Assembly (NCBI RefSeq): GCF_018977255.1
Contig: NW_024705365.1
Span: forward strand, 1-51,513
Origin: Callorhinchus milii
Lineage: Eukaryota
Direction of reading: 5' to 3'
DNA: 51,513 bases
The notes below the pieces were generated by a model, which made no database searches, had not been told where the DNA came from, and was given only the letters and a program-made list of their open reading frames with translations. Position 1 is the stretch's first letter, and every line of letters begins with the position of its first letter. Position numbers and translations under genes: made by a program. This document shows, one piece after another, positions 48,598 to 51,513 of the stretch.

Positions 48598-51513
48598 GTA
48601 ATAGTTTGGTTTAGAGACAAAAACAAGTAACCATTATCCCATTTGCACATTCGAGGCCTGAAAGCACCGGCCCAGCATGGCATGGCTGTTTGTTTCCACT
48701 GGCATTTTACCAAGCCGAGCCATGCAACATTGGCCTCGCGGGACATAATAGCGTCGTTTGCATGCACTCTGACGTTACGAACTTTGGGTGACATCAGTGG
48801 CACAGTTCCGCTTGTGCAATGGAAAAAAATAATCCGTACCATCCTGGCTCAGCACGACTCAGATGTGCAAAGTAAAAATAGAGGTAAAAGATGTGCCTTA
48901 TAGTGATGCATATGCCATACGTCGATACGTCTACTTTTTACAATAGCACTCATCCCTTTTGCCAGCTCTCCCCCCGCCTACCCTCGTCCCAATCATCACC
49001 CCTACCCTGAGTACGTGTGCAAGTGTGTGTGTGTCACAATATCATTGAGAGACGCTATCACAACTAGAAGCTTTACATAGCCATATTCAAATATCCACAG
49101 TCCTCAGAGCACTGCGGTCTGAAGACAGCCAGGCACTTTCCCAGCCTGACTAACATCAGCGGTGACCGCTGATGTTAGTCACGTGGCCCACGTGGCTTGA
49201 GCAGGCCTTACTCCCAAAGTGGATTGACCGTGGCTGATGATTCTATTCCACGGCCATATGTTCAGGAGCCAAATGTGGAGCTCTCCAAGGCACGTTGAGA
49301 GGGCTTCAGGAGGAGAGTTCGTGTAGTTTTGCTGTTCCTTCTCCACTGAAGGGGCATAGACAACAGTAGTTCACTATAGGGCCCAGAGATTGTGTTGCAT
49401 GGCTGCTCGTCTCTAATGGCTGACGACGATGACTATACACGATGCATTGCACAAACGAAATTATTCGGTTTGTAGCAAGCACCACGTCTGTGGGTTATAT
49501 TTGGCTGCTGTGATTTTTCTTCATTACCATCTCCATTGTAGATCATCATTAGCAACAGGAATTCCCTTTTAAGAACCCCTCTCCCCGTGTGTAGACATGC
49601 CCGCTCCGTATATACGAGATCAAAAACATGTGTTGTGCGTGTGCACGCACGCGCGCAAAGACAAACACACCTATTGGCACTAAACGCCGCTACAAAGTTA
49701 TGAAAACAAAGCAATTATGAGGTCACCTATTTCCATCAACAGTTCTCAGCATTTAAATGCCCCATAAATAATAACGTCACGTTGCCCACGAGGGTAGCCG
49801 CTGTTGTCTGCTGCCACCTAACACGTGTTCTCTGGCCGCAGAAAACAGTTTTGTACAATGTGCGATTAATGGGTGGAATTCCCCCACTCCACCAAGGATA
49901 GAAGCAAACCATTGTGCCCGGATACCTGAGCTCCGCACGAGTGCGAGCCAAAAAGAAAATCGAACGGAGGGCCAGTTTCCTTTTCCGTAAACTTTGCTCA
50001 AGCTCTGATCCCATGGCGCTTGTTTTGATGGAGGCGATTTTTTCAGATGATGTACACATTTTTTTGTTTCCGATATTTTCCAAATTGCTTCTCTTCAGCG
50101 AATTACAGTCGCCTTTTCTTGTCGTTGATGTTATAAAAGAGCTGTCCATTACTGCATTGCTCTTCAAACGGCTGTCGTAAAGGCATTGTGAAATGTGAAG
50201 TTAAAGGTGCAGCACCTGCAATTGCCTGCCCACGTCACTGGAAGGCAGAAGGGGCCTCTCCACGGGAGGGGGCTCCAGAGAGCCCCCCCCCCTTCGTATT
50301 TATTCTGCCCGACTTCTCGTATTTTCAACTGCCAAGCAATAAATAGCGTTGGTGGCATCTACATCTGCAGAACATGAAGAACCGGTGGTATCTACAACTA
50401 CAGGAGATTGTACAACTTTTAAAGCCATTCTCCGTGTTTCGTGTACATGCCGTAACAACGTGTTTGGAATCGACAGGGGTAAAGTTGGACTTGGGATCAA
50501 AATCGACTTATGCACAGACCTCTGGAACCTAGTTCGTTCGTAAGTAAAGGAGTCCCTGTACCCACCTTTGTACCCCACCACACGCAACTTGCTGGTCGAC
50601 TAACTCTGTAACTGTGGTCTAACCACAGGCGGAACGGAGAGGGGAGGGGGGGGGAAGATTCTTTAAAAAAAAACTTTCCAATATTTAATCTTCCGCATCT
50701 GGAGATCAAACCGACTTCCACTGGATTGCACCGCAGTGTGCGATCGATTACAGACAGCATCAGCCATGCATGGCACGCACCGAATATGACAGCACTGCGT
50801 GTGCTTTGATGATTGTGCTGCTGCAAAGGTCAGACGACGCTTGGCAAAGCTGGGATATGTTTGCTGGAAATCCGACGCGAAATATAACGGTTCCAGAAAA
50901 CCCTCCGGTGTGTCTCTGTTGCCGTCTCGATAGTTTCCTGCATTCGTAGGCTGTGTCAATAAGGCTGCACCTCAGCGACTGGCTTCACCTGTACAAATAG
51001 TAGCGACTCAAACCCAACGCTCCACGTCATCAAGTCAGCTAAGAACGGTGGCCTGAGTAGCGGTGACACGTTGAAAAAACAAGATGTAAAGGAGCAGCCC
51101 TGCAATTGCTTGCTCACGCCACTCCCTGGCGGAAGAACCTCCACCGGAGGAAGCTCTAGAGAGGATCCTCTATTATACGGCGCATTGACCTACTCTTCCA
51201 CGCGGTCCAGACGTCTTGGTGACTGGTCGACAGGTTATTCACCTGAAGTAAACTCCAACGAGAACCACGTGAATGTTGACGGCTGCCCTTGCACCGGGAA
51301 GCGAACGGCGAATAGTTCGCTCTCCGCCAGGCGAAATAGCGCGTTCGCCAGCGCGACGCTGCTCTGGCAGGCAAAATCAAAATGATTTCACTCCAGCATC
51401 GAGCCAAGGATCCTTGAACCTCTCGTCACAGTCCCACTGAGCGGTTTGCAATGCTGCCGACGGATGTGAACGTTTCTCGTTGTTCCGAGCAATCAGGCGC
51501 GTCGCGTACGCCG

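Overview
Eukaryotic, intron-rich genomic DNA, most likely from a lamprey or other cyclostome. This is inferred from very high GC3 in exons, V-domain SINEs, L2 tails and GC-rich minisatellites. The + strand (743-25638) carries 19 coding exons of a classical calpain large subunit (CAPN1/CAPN2-like): intact Cys/His/Asn triad, C2-like domain and penta-EF-hand; the first coding exons lie upstream of the window. It includes a 12-nt micro-exon, a U12-type intron and two apparent 1-nt deletions. The - strand (48016-43385) carries three exons encoding LE1-LE3 of a laminin beta chain, and I can find no further laminin exons downstream. Most of the rest is repeat. The most notable element is a family of about 13 short non-coding Penelope-like insertions with ~12-bp target-site duplications, often with inverted arms. 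Six of these insertions carry seven recognisable minimal type-I hammerhead ribozyme motifs whose stem II co-varies between subfamilies. Also present: two tRNA-SINE families, 5S-derived fragments, L2/RTE fragments, a hAT MITE and several minisatellites. One minisatellite is built from the 5' splice site it abuts; another is built from AP-1 motifs. All coordinates were read by eye; repeat boundaries are approximate.
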